Shown here in pieces: positions 1-7,198 of a stretch of DNA of 11,695 nucleotides. The notes below the pieces were generated by a model, which was given only the letters and a program-made list of their open reading frames with translations, was not told where the DNA came from and did not search any database. The DNA is taken from NCBI GenBank assembly GCA_035289485.1, contig DATDXA010000037.1, positions 1-11,695 on the forward strand, given 5' to 3'. A program made the translations under genes and the position numbers. Within the stretch, counting starts at the first letter, position 1. Each line of letters starts with the position of its first letter. The stretch is from an archaeon (lineage in GTDB: Archaea > Iainarchaeota > Iainarchaeia > Iainarchaeales > Iainarchaeaceae).

Positions 1-2823
1 GAAGATCGCGCGCTTTTCAACCGCGAGCTAGGAAAAATCGGAGTGAGCGTTCCCAAATCAAAAGCGGTCACGAACACAAAGGACGCGCTCAAGGCCGGCA
101 AATCCATTGGCTACCCTGTGATGGTGCGCGCGGCATTTGCACTTGGTGGAAAGGGAAGCGGCGTTGCAAAAAGCGAAAAGGAACTTCGGGAAATGGCGCA
201 GCGCGCCTTCAAGACCGCGCCGCAAATCCTTGTCGAAGAATCACTTTATGGGTGGAAGGAAATTGAGTATGAGGTTGTGCGTGATTGCGAAGACAACTGT
301 ATCACTGTGTGCAATATGGAAAACTTTGACCCGCTTGGAATACACACGGGTGAGAGCATTGTTGTTGCGCCCTCACAGACATTGGACAACCACGAATACC
401 ACATGCTGCGCGAGATTTCAATTAAAGTGATAAGGCACCTTGGAATCGTTGGCGAGTGCAACATACAGTTCGCGCTCGACCCGCAAAGCGATAAATACAG
501 GGTGATTGAAGTGAATGCGCGCCTCTCGCGAAGCTCCGCTCTCGCTTCCAAAGCGACAGGGTACCCCCTCGCATTCGTTGCGGCAAAGCTCGCGCTCGGA
601 TACTCTCTTCTTGATTTGCAGAACTCAATTACAAAAGTGACAAAGGCGTGCTTTGAGCCTGCGCTTGATTATGTTGTCGTGAAAATCCCGCGCTGGGACT
701 TGCAGAAATTCCGAAATGTTTCAACGCGCATAGGGACTGAAATGAAAAGCGTTGGGGAAGTAATGGCAATTGGCAAAACATTTGAGGAGGCCATGCAGAA
801 AGCCATTCGGATGCTGCACATTGGAATGTACGGCCTTGTGGGAAACAGCGTTTATTTCGAAAAGCTTGCGCATGAAGTGAAATACCCGACCGATAGGAGG
901 GTTTTTGCGGTCGTTGAGGCGCTTTTGAAGAATGTTTCAGTTGAAAAAATCCACAACGCTTCAAAAATCGACCAGTGGTTTCTTCACAAGATAAATGATG
1001 TAGTTCACACTGCAAAGGAGCTGCGCAAATCTGAGATGGCAACTCTAGCACCGCAGCTTCTTCTCACAGCAAAAAAACAGGGCTTTTCAGACAAACAGAT
1101 TGGGATGATTGTGGGTGGCAGCCACGAGCAGGCGGTGCGCGACCGAAGAAAGCAGCTTGGGATTTTGCCATTCATCAAGCAGATTGACACGCTCGCAGCC
1201 GAATACCCCGCGCAAACCAATTATCTCTATCTCACTTACAACGGCATTTCCCACGACGTCGAGCCAGAAACCGAAAAATCAGTCGTGGTGCTGGGTTCTG
1301 GCGCTTATAGGATAGGAAGCAGCGTCGAATTCGATTACTGCTGCGTGCGCGCGGCGCAGACCGCAAGGCAATCGGGATTCCGCTCGATTATGATTAATTA
1401 CAACCCTGAAACGGTTTCAACTGATTATGATGAGTGCGACAAGCTCTACTTTGATGAATTGAGTTTTGAAACCGTTGCGGATATATGCGATTTTGAAAAG
1501 CCGCATGGCCTGATAGTTTCAATGGGCGGGCAGATTCCAAACAATCTCTGCCTCAAGCTCTGGCATGCGGGTTACACAATACTTGGAACATCTCCTGAAA
1601 GCATAGATAGTGCGGAGGACCGCCACAAGTTCAGCTCGCTTTGCGATTCGCTTGCAATACCGCAGCCGGACTGGAAAGAGCTCTCAACAATCGATAAGGT
1701 GAGGGATTTTGCCTCGCGCGCCGGCTACCCTCTGCTTGTTCGCCCATCTTATGTGCTCTCAGGGCAGGCAATGGCGGTTGCATTCAATGAAAAGGAACTC
1801 ATTCAATATCTTGAAAATGCAACATCTCTTAGCAAGGAATACCCGGTAGTTGTCAGCAAATTCATACTAAATGCGCGCGAACTGGAGCTTGACGCCGTTG
1901 CAGTCGACGGTGAAATAATCACATTTGCCGTGCTTGAGCACGTGGAGAACGCCGGCGTTCATTCGGGAGATGCAACAATGGTTCTGCCTCCGCAGCGCAC
2001 ATACCTTGAGACCATCCGCAAAATCAAATCTATCGGGCAGATGCTTGCGCGCAAGCTCGCAATCACGGGCCCATTCAACATACAGTTCCTTGCAAAGGAC
2101 AATGAAGTGATGGTAATCGAGTGCAACCTGCGCGCCTCGCGCTCCATGCCGTTTGTTTCCAAGGTCGGCGATGAGGATTTCATCTCTCTTGCCTCCAAAG
2201 CGATTCTTGGGGAGAAGCCAACGGCTTTGGGAAAATCATTCATGGACATAGGGCACGTTGGCGTGAAGGCGCCGCAGTTCTCCTTCTCGCGCCTCAAGGG
2301 CGCGGACCCGATTTCAGGGGTTGAAATGGCATCCACTGGGGAAGTTGGCTGCCTTGGCAATGATTTTGAGGATGCGTTCCTCAAAGCGCTCCTTAGCACC
2401 GGCTACTCGCTCCCGAAAAAAAATATTTTGGTTTCGCTCACTGGGGACATAAACCGCCAGAAGATGCTTGATGAGCTGCTCTACCTTTCTGCCGCAGGCT
2501 TTGTTCTATTTGCAACAGAGCACACCCACGAATTCCTCTTGCACAATGGAATAAAATCGAAAAAGGCGTTCAAGATGCACGAGAAGGGAACTCCGAATGT
2601 TTTGGGGCTCTTCCAGAAAGGAACGCTTGATTTGGCGATTGTGGTTCCGGACCCTTTCATGCAGGTTGCAAATGACCCCAAGTATGATGTGAGGCGCGCG
2701 GCGGTTGATTACAATGTGCCGCTTATAACCAATTTGCAGATTGCGCAGGGGTTTTGCAGGGCAATTTTGAAGAAGAAGATTGGGCAGCTTGAGATTAAGG
2801 GCTGGAATGAATACGGTTCGTGA
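1..2823 (+). CDS. carB: Carbamoyl-phosphate synthase large subunit (5'-truncated by the window edge)
   Basis: Frame is open from base 1 (EDRALF..., the conserved EDRxxF motif), so GTG at 43 is not the true start. Two ATP-grasp halves: GWKEIEYEVVRD, NMENFDPLGIHTGES, IEVNARLSRSSALASKATGYP; RPSYVLSG, EHVENAGVHSGDA, IECNLRASRS. C-terminal MGS-like domain (ATEHT, VRRAAVDYNVPLITN). Confidence 0.98.
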   Translation, partial: EDRALFNRELGKIGVSVPKSKAVTNTKDALKAGKSIGYPVMVRAAFALGGKGSGVAKSEKELREMAQRAFKTAPQILVEESLYGWKEIEYEVVRDCEDNCITVCNMENFDPLGIHTGESIVVAPSQTLDNHEYHMLREISIKVIRHLGIVGECNIQFALDPQSDKYRVIEVNARLSRSSALASKATGYPLAFVAAKLALGYSLLDLQNSITKVTKACFEPALDYVVVKIPRWDLQKFRNVSTRIGTEMKSVGEVMAIGKTFEEAMQKAIRMLHIGMYGLVGNSVYFEKLAHEVKYPTDRRVFAVVEALLKNVSVEKIHNASKIDQWFLHKINDVVHTAKELRKSEMATLAPQLLLTAKKQGFSDKQIGMIVGGSHEQAVRDRRKQLGILPFIKQIDTLAAEYPAQTNYLYLTYNGISHDVEPETEKSVVVLGSGAYRIGSSVEFDYCCVRAAQTARQSGFRSIMINYNPETVSTDYDECDKLYFDELSFETVADICDFEKPHGLIVSMGGQIPNNLCLKLWHAGYTILGTSPESIDSAEDRHKFSSLCDSLAIPQPDWKELSTIDKVRDFASRAGYPLLVRPSYVLSGQAMAVAFNEKELIQYLENATSLSKEYPVVVSKFILNARELELDAVAVDGEIITFAVLEHVENAGVHSGDATMVLPPQRTYLETIRKIKSIGQMLARKLAITGPFNIQFLAKDNEVMVIECNLRASRSMPFVSKVGDEDFISLASKAILGEKPTALGKSFMDIGHVGVKAPQFSFSRLKGADPISGVEMASTGEVGCLGNDFEDAFLKALLSTGYSLPKKNILVSLTGDINRQKMLDELLYLSAAGFVLFATEHTHEFLLHNGIKSKKAFKMHEKGTPNVLGLFQKGTLDLAIVVPDPFMQVANDPKYDVRRAAVDYNVPLITNLQIAQGFCRAILKKKIGQLEIKGWNEYGS

Positions 2824-2848
2824 AATTTGAAAATGCAATTTATCTGCT

Positions 2849-3073
2849 CTATTTAGGGTTCCTGTGTCTTAATGCCCTTTCTGCTATTTCAACCATCGAT
2901 AAATGATCGTCAAGTGGAGTTGCAATAATTGCATCAATTGCAGCTCTCCTTCTCGTATCAGGAATGTGCGCCTCAGTAAGTTTTCTCAATAGTTCAGCTC
3001 TTCGTTCCAAATGAAATTCGCGACCCAGTCTCTTTGGCTTCGGCTGCATCAATCTTCTAACTGTTGGTGCCAT
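2849..3073 (-). CDS. Small basic hypothetical protein (74 aa, MAPTVRRLMQPKPKR...)
   Basis: ORF fills the gap after carB. ATG at 3073 is preferred over the track's 3118 start because a TATA-like TTTTATA (3101-3095, minus strand) lies 21 nt upstream. No family recognised. Confidence 0.6.
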   Translation of the reverse strand: MAPTVRRLMQPKPKRLGREFHLERRAELLRKLTEAHIPDTRRRAAIDAIIATPLDDHLSMVEIAERALRHRNPK

Positions 3074-3092
3074 GCTAAAAAAACGCTTCCGG

Positions 3093-3110
3093 ATTATAAA
3101 AAACTTTGCC
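3093..3110 (-). promoter_or_regulatory. Putative archaeal BRE/TATA promoter for the 3073 ORF
   Basis: Minus strand reads GGCAAAG-TTTTTTATAAT, ending about 20 nt before ATG 3073. Confidence 0.55.
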
Positions 3111-3153
3111 TGCAACAAGGCAGGGCTATTGCGTGCCTTTAACGGGGCACATG

Positions 3154-3161
3154 AATAAATA
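3154..3161 (+). promoter_or_regulatory. Putative TATA box for the 3185 ORF
   Basis: AATAAATA ends 23 nt before ATG 3185; no SD in between. Confidence 0.4.
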
Positions 3162-3184
3162 CTCCAAATTGCATTTCAATATTC

Positions 3185-3586
3185 ATGCGTGCGGCAAAAA
3201 TCAGGCGGAAACGCCCATTTATCGGAACAAAAGTTGCCATTCCGCGGGGAGGCCCTTCAGCAAAAACAGGGTTCAAGATGACCCTTAGACAATTATTTGC
3301 AAATGCCGAAAGGTATACGCCCAATTTGTCTTACAGCCAATCTTACTTTAGGGCTGAAGCCGCACACCTACACGATGCCATAACTCAAAACATTGCCGAT
3401 AAGCTATGGAAACTGATGGAGGGCAACAGGAAAGAGAACAAGCCGGCACTTGAGCTTTCCCTGGCGCAGATGCAACAGCTGCCAATTGAAACGCTCAGGG
3501 AATATGCGGAAAAATTCGGTCTGATGGATGATTATGGCTACGCTGATGAAAACCTGAGAAGAAGAATAAAGGCTAAGCGAAGTTAA
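3185..3586 (+). CDS. Hypothetical protein (133 aa) with basic N-terminus and possible C-terminal Rho_N/HeH-like helical domain
   Basis: ORF fills the gap and has a TATA-like element upstream. C-terminal LSLAQMQQLPIETLREYAEKFGL...ENLRRRI resembles the Rho N-terminal domain pattern. Confidence 0.7.
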   Translation: MRAAKIRRKRPFIGTKVAIPRGGPSAKTGFKMTLRQLFANAERYTPNLSYSQSYFRAEAAHLHDAITQNIADKLWKLMEGNRKENKPALELSLAQMQQLPIETLREYAEKFGLMDDYGYADENLRRRIKAKRS

Positions 3587-3622
3587 GGTCGCGGGCCCGA
3601 ATTTTCAAGATGATTCTACTTT

Positions 3623-4183
3623 TTATATTTTCCACTTCACATTGCACCCATATGAAGGCTCTTCTTTTACCGTGATTTTCTGCCCCGCAAGCACCTGCTT
3701 TAGTGCTTGCTCAAGTTCGTTCGTTTTCGCATTCTCATGCGGCTCCTTGTGCGCATCATCAATCCGTCCGTGATACACAAGCTTTAGCTGCGAATCAAAA
3801 AGGAAAGGGTCAGGAGTGCACGCGGCACCATAGCTGCGTGTAACATCCTGCGATTCATCCAAAAGATAGGGAAATCGGAAGCCATGCTCTTTAGCAATGA
3901 TTTTCATGTGCTCAAAATCATCCTCCACGTACGCTTCTGTATCGTTGCTGCTGATTCCAAACATTGCAAGCCCTTTTCCATCATATTTCTCAAAGAGTTC
4001 CTTGAGATATTTCATTTTCGGTTTCACAAAAGGGCAGTGATTGCACATGAAAACAATCAGGGTTGCTCTCTTGCCTGAGGCTTCTGCAAGCGAATGATTT
4101 TTCCCATCGGTTCCGGGCAGATTAAAATCCAGTGCCCGCGAGCCTTTTTTGAGAACCGAATAGTTTGATGGGGTTATGGTCAT
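3623..4183 (-). CDS. Thioredoxin-fold AhpC/TSA/redoxin family protein (PRX-like1 type)
   Basis: FNLPGTDGK, FMCNHCPFV (CxxC), GISSND, FPYLLDESQ, YGAACTPDPFLFD, YHGRIDD, C-terminal GCNVKWK. Confidence 0.93.
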   Translation of the reverse strand: MTITPSNYSVLKKGSRALDFNLPGTDGKNHSLAEASGKRATLIVFMCNHCPFVKPKMKYLKELFEKYDGKGLAMFGISSNDTEAYVEDDFEHMKIIAKEHGFRFPYLLDESQDVTRSYGAACTPDPFLFDSQLKLVYHGRIDDAHKEPHENAKTNELEQALKQVLAGQKITVKEEPSYGCNVKWKI

Positions 4184-4211
4184 GCAAAAATCATCCGTGG
4201 ATTTGGTTGTA

Positions 4212-4246
4212 AAAATAAGGTTTGGGGGTGCGCGCCGCTCCCCAAA
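4212..4246 (-). terminator. Hairpin plus T-tract downstream of the cupredoxin gene
   Basis: TTTGGGG (4221-4227) pairs with CCCCAAA (4240-4246), a few nt past the stop at 4251. The minus strand then reads CCTTATTTTT. Confidence 0.45.
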
Positions 4247-4250
4247 ATAG

Positions 4251-4682
4251 TTACTGGACGATTATTTTCCCAAAAGTCTTTGCAGTAATGTGGTTGTGGA
4301 ATGCCCACTCGCCCTTCTCGTTGAAGGTGAAGCTATAGCTTTCACCCTGCGAGAGTGCCTTGCACGCATCGAAAATGCTTCCCTGTTCATTTGTTCCGCA
4401 CTTCTCAATACCAGAGCCAGGGTATGCTGTATGTGTCGGGTGCCTTGCCGAAGCCGGCCAGTCCTGCCTTGAAGCCCTGCTAATCCAAGTTACCGTATCT
4501 CCCTGCTTTATGGTGAGCTGCCCGGGGGAGTAGCCTTCATCTGTTATCTCAATTGTATATGCCTGTGGTGTGCCAGTGTTCTGGCCATCGGTGTTTCCGG
4601 GCTGCCCTGCAGGAGCCTGAGTGCACCCGGCAAAGAGCAGCGCGAGAACTGCTGCTGCAAAAAAGAATTTTTTGGAAATCAT
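4251..4682 (-). CDS. Cupredoxin/plastocyanin-like domain lipoprotein with non-canonical ligand set
   Basis: Signal peptide with lipobox (KKFFFAAAVLALLFAG-C) and low-complexity linker. Cupredoxin strands: IEITDEGYSPGQLTIKQGDTVTW, LSQGESYSFTFNEKGEWAFHNH, GKIIVQ. Confidence 0.85.
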   Translation of the reverse strand: MISKKFFFAAAVLALLFAGCTQAPAGQPGNTDGQNTGTPQAYTIEITDEGYSPGQLTIKQGDTVTWISRASRQDWPASARHPTHTAYPGSGIEKCGTNEQGSIFDACKALSQGESYSFTFNEKGEWAFHNHITAKTFGKIIVQ

Positions 4683-4706
4683 CTATTTCATTTGCCAAGA
4701 TTTGGC

Positions 4707-4714
4707 TTTTAAAC
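4707..4714 (-). promoter_or_regulatory. Putative TATA box of the cupredoxin gene
   Basis: GTTTAAAA on the minus strand, 24 nt before ATG 4682. Same sequence and spacing as at the ZIP gene. Confidence 0.55.
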
Positions 4715-4719
4715 ATATC

Positions 4720-4733
4720 TTAACACCTGTTAA
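4720..4733. promoter_or_regulatory. Palindrome TTAACA-CC-TGTTAA in the cupredoxin/VOC divergent gap, candidate operator
   Basis: Perfect 6-2-6 inverted repeat just upstream of the cupredoxin TATA box. Confidence 0.35.
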
Positions 4734-4758
4734 TTGCTAAGAAAAAGGTGGTATCCAG

Positions 4759-5202
4759 TTGGATGAAAAAAATCAAGGCACCGCAACTAAAAATGTCGCG
4801 AAACAAATTTTTGTCAACCTGCCGGTTGAGGATCTTGACAAGTCAATTGCGTTCTTTGCAAAGCTCGGATTCACTTTTAACCCAGAATTCACCGACAAAA
4901 ATGCGACCTGCATGATTATCGGGGAAAATATTTTCGCAATGCTCCTTGTAATGCCATTTTTCAAGGGGTTTACAAAGAAGGAAATTCCAGACGCTGCAAA
5001 AGCCACGGAAGTGATAATGGCAATTTCAGTTGACAGCAGGTCAAAACCTGATGAGGTAGCTGAAAAGGCCATTGCTGCAGGTGCAAAGGGCCCATACCCT
5101 CCAAGTGATTATGGCTGGATGTATAGCCGCAGTTTCCTTGACCTTGACGGCCATATGTGGGAAATATTTTACATGGATGAGAGCAAGAAACCAAAGGAGT
5201 AA
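4759..5202 (+). CDS. VOC/glyoxalase/bleomycin-resistance family protein
   Basis: KQIFVNLPVEDLDKSIAFFAKLGFTFNPEFTD and DYGWMYSRSFLDLDGHMWEIFYM. TTG start preceded by SD-like AAGGTGG. Confidence 0.93.
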   Translation: MDEKNQGTATKNVAKQIFVNLPVEDLDKSIAFFAKLGFTFNPEFTDKNATCMIIGENIFAMLLVMPFFKGFTKKEIPDAAKATEVIMAISVDSRSKPDEVAEKAIAAGAKGPYPPSDYGWMYSRSFLDLDGHMWEIFYMDESKKPKE

Positions 5203-5948
5203 TGTTGCTTATGGGCTTGTTTGACTGGGTGCAGAAAAGCTGGGCGTTCAATTTCAAGTTCGTGGCGCTTTCAATAATTTTCTGGCTAATCATGCTCGCG
5301 CACGAGTATTACCTAGGCGTTCCAGCTACGGTTCCTGCAGAATATCTTGCTCTTCTTGCAAATACCGCACCAATAATAAGGAGCTTTTCTTTTGCTGGCA
5401 CAATATTCATCAGCATTGCTCTTCTATGCAGTGTTGCCTTCAAGTTCAGGCCGCTTCTCTCCAAATATGCGTTCGTCCGGAAAAATTTCGGGGTAATGGG
5501 TTTCATCTTTATAGTTTTCCATGTCCTTTCAGCAATCCACTTTTATTTCAACTGGGACATCCCATCAATATACACAAGCCTCAACCCTTTTGAGAACGCG
5601 ATAGTATTCGGGACACTCGCATTCCCGATACTTTTTGTAATGGCAATTACCTCAATCAACTGGGTTGAGCATAAAATCGGCGGAACCATATGGAAGGCGC
5701 TTCACAGGCTAGTATATTTTGCATACCTTTTCATGATTTTCCACGCGCTCAAGCAGAACCCTCCCGCCCTTGAAAGCATTCCGGGCTATGTCCTGAAAGT
5801 TCTCTTCGCCGCGGTGCTTCTCGGAGAGCTTTACTGGTGGTATATGATTTCAAAGCAGCGCGGGTTCAAAAACCACGGCTTTTACATCGGGCTTCTCCTG
5901 ATATTGCTCTATATTGTCATAGGCTACTTTGCATTTTTTGCGAAATGA
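5202..5948 (+). CDS. Ferric reductase-like transmembrane protein (MsrQ/YedZ-like heme b membrane subunit)
   Basis: Multiple hydrophobic helices. RKNFGVMGFIFIVFH and MAITS...WKALHRLVYFAYLFMIFH match the MsrQ pattern, with three candidate heme His. TAATG overlap with the VOC stop; ATG 5211 is an alternative start. Confidence 0.85.
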   Translation: MLLMGLFDWVQKSWAFNFKFVALSIIFWLIMLAHEYYLGVPATVPAEYLALLANTAPIIRSFSFAGTIFISIALLCSVAFKFRPLLSKYAFVRKNFGVMGFIFIVFHVLSAIHFYFNWDIPSIYTSLNPFENAIVFGTLAFPILFVMAITSINWVEHKIGGTIWKALHRLVYFAYLFMIFHALKQNPPALESIPGYVLKVLFAAVLLGELYWWYMISKQRGFKNHGFYIGLLLILLYIVIGYFAFFAK

Positions 5949-5959
5949 AGCAATCGTTT

Positions 5960-6007
5960 CGTCGGTTGGGTGCGACGGCTATCCCATTCTTGTGAATGGG
6001 ATAAGCC
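5960..6007. terminator. Tandem hairpins between convergent genes (possible bidirectional terminator or structured 3' UTR)
   Basis: CGTCG-N8-CGACG (5960-5977), then TATCCCATTC-TTGT-GAATGGGATA (5980-6003, perfect 10-bp stem), extendable by GGC/GCC across one bulged A. Confidence 0.5.
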
Positions 6008-6031
6008 TGTATCTATTAACTACTTTGAAAA

Positions 6032-6337
6032 TCAGAACCTGAAGAGCTTAATATCAAAATCCGCTATTTTCCCGCCCTTCACGCGCACGCCTTCTTTTGC
6101 AAGCAGCGCGATTTTCTTTTTCACGCCGAATGCATATCCGCCGATTTTTCCAGAGTTTGACACAACGCGATGACAAGGAACGCGCGGAGCATTCGGATTT
6201 TTATTGCACGCGTTCCCAACGGCGCGGAAAGCATTGGGGCTTTTGAGCGCGCGTGCAATCTCTTTGTAAGTGCTCACTTTCCCGCTCGGAATCTGCGATA
6301 TTTTTTCCCACACCTTTTCATTGAATCCTGCGGCCAT
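6032..6337 (-). CDS. ogt: Methylated-DNA--protein-cysteine methyltransferase (MGMT family), single C-terminal domain
   Basis: IPSGKVSTYKEIA, RAVGNAC, active-site VPCHRVV, GGYAFG...K..LL..EG. GGTG SD in the 14-nt gap after the ZIP gene. Confidence 0.9.
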   Translation of the reverse strand: MAAGFNEKVWEKISQIPSGKVSTYKEIARALKSPNAFRAVGNACNKNPNAPRVPCHRVVSNSGKIGGYAFGVKKKIALLAKEGVRVKGGKIADFDIKLFRF

Positions 6338-6351
6338 GGCTGTGCACCACT

Positions 6352-7101
6352 TTACTCGAGCAGCAAAAGTGCGAGCATCACGCCAATTCCCAAAACGAAC
6401 CAGAGAAGATGTATTGCGGATTCAGAGAAATTCGCCTCATCCTTGTGAAGCTCCGGAATCAGATCAGAGCCCGCAATGTATATGAAAACACCTGCTGCGA
6501 ATGGCACAAGGAAAGGAACGGCCTGCTCTGCCGCGCTCCCAATCACAAGCGTAATCGCCGCTCCCGCAACTGCCGTGAGCGCCACAAGGAAATTAAACAT
6601 GATTGCCTTTGCGCGCGTAAAGCCGCCGTGCAAGAGCACTCCAAAATCCCCTATCTCCTGTGGGATTTCGTGGAATAATACTGCAATTGTGGTTGCGATT
6701 CCAAGAGGTATGCTCACAAGATAGCTCGCCGCGATGATAATTCCGTCAATGAAATTGTGGAAAACATCCCCAAGAAGGTTCATCATCGCCACAGGGTGAG
6801 GGTGGTCATGCGAAGTCGGCACGTGGCAGTGCCTCCAGCGGATGAACTTTTCAACTATGAATGAGAATACGATTCCACAGAGCACATAAATTCCAATGCT
6901 TGTTCCCGAGACTTCCATTTCTGCGGCCTCGGGGAGAAGATGTATGAATGCATCCCCAAATAGTGCCCCAGCAGCAAAGCTGACCATGTAAATGAGGAAC
7001 TTCTCTGCGCCTTTCTTTTCTCGTGGGAAAAGTAAAACCCCAACAATCGAAACCGCGCTAACTAGCAGCACGCTTCCGATTGCATATATCCATGCTTCCA
7101 T
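6352..7101 (-). CDS. ZIP family (ZupT/LIV-1-like) divalent metal transporter, probably Zn
   Basis: About 8 TM helices. SFAAGALFGDAFIHLLPEA, His-rich loop RHCHVPTSHDHPH, TM4 HNFIDG, TM5 HEIPQEIGDFGVL, FIYIAGSDLIPEL. Confidence 0.96.
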   Translation of the reverse strand: MEAWIYAIGSVLLVSAVSIVGVLLFPREKKGAEKFLIYMVSFAAGALFGDAFIHLLPEAAEMEVSGTSIGIYVLCGIVFSFIVEKFIRWRHCHVPTSHDHPHPVAMMNLLGDVFHNFIDGIIIAASYLVSIPLGIATTIAVLFHEIPQEIGDFGVLLHGGFTRAKAIMFNFLVALTAVAGAAITLVIGSAAEQAVPFLVPFAAGVFIYIAGSDLIPELHKDEANFSESAIHLLWFVLGIGVMLALLLLE

Positions 7102-7116
7102 TAGCCTAAAAGTGAA

Positions 7117-7181
7117 TGTTAATAATTTTAAACCTATTTGTTAATAATATTCCTTGGCAAGTTTAAATATGGGATAATAAT
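7117..7181. promoter_or_regulatory. Divergent promoter region with two TATA boxes and phased repeats
   Basis: TGTTAATAAT at 7117-7126 and 7139-7148, third TAATAAT core at 7175-7181. ZIP TATA GTTTAAAA (minus, 7133-7126); regulator TATA TTTAAATA (plus, 7162-7169). Confidence 0.6.
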
Positions 7182-7198
7182 GGTTTAGGGGTGTTTGT

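Noticed and set aside
43..45. GTG start proposed for carB
   Set aside because: The frame is open to base 1 and encodes conserved CarB sequence; the real start is outside the window.
137..2838. Alternative-frame and antisense ORFs inside carB
   Set aside because: Shadows of a strongly conserved gene with no recognisable motifs.
3074..3118. N-terminal extension MLQAKFFIIRKRFFS of the 2849 ORF
   Set aside because: It runs through the putative TATA box; ATG 3073 fits better.
3106..3324. ORFs 3106-3288 (+) and 3139-3324 (-)
   Set aside because: They overlap the divergent promoters and the better-supported 3185 ORF.
3592..3599. Palindrome CGGGCCCG after the 3185 ORF
   Set aside because: Too short, no loop, expected by chance.
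5202..5948. Assigning the symbol msrQ
   Set aside because: The family is clear, but there is no msrP partner in view, so orthology is unproven.
7117..7148. Direct repeats as a CRISPR remnant or target-site duplication
   Set aside because: Only two 10-bp copies with a 12-bp gap; no cas gene or transposase in the window.
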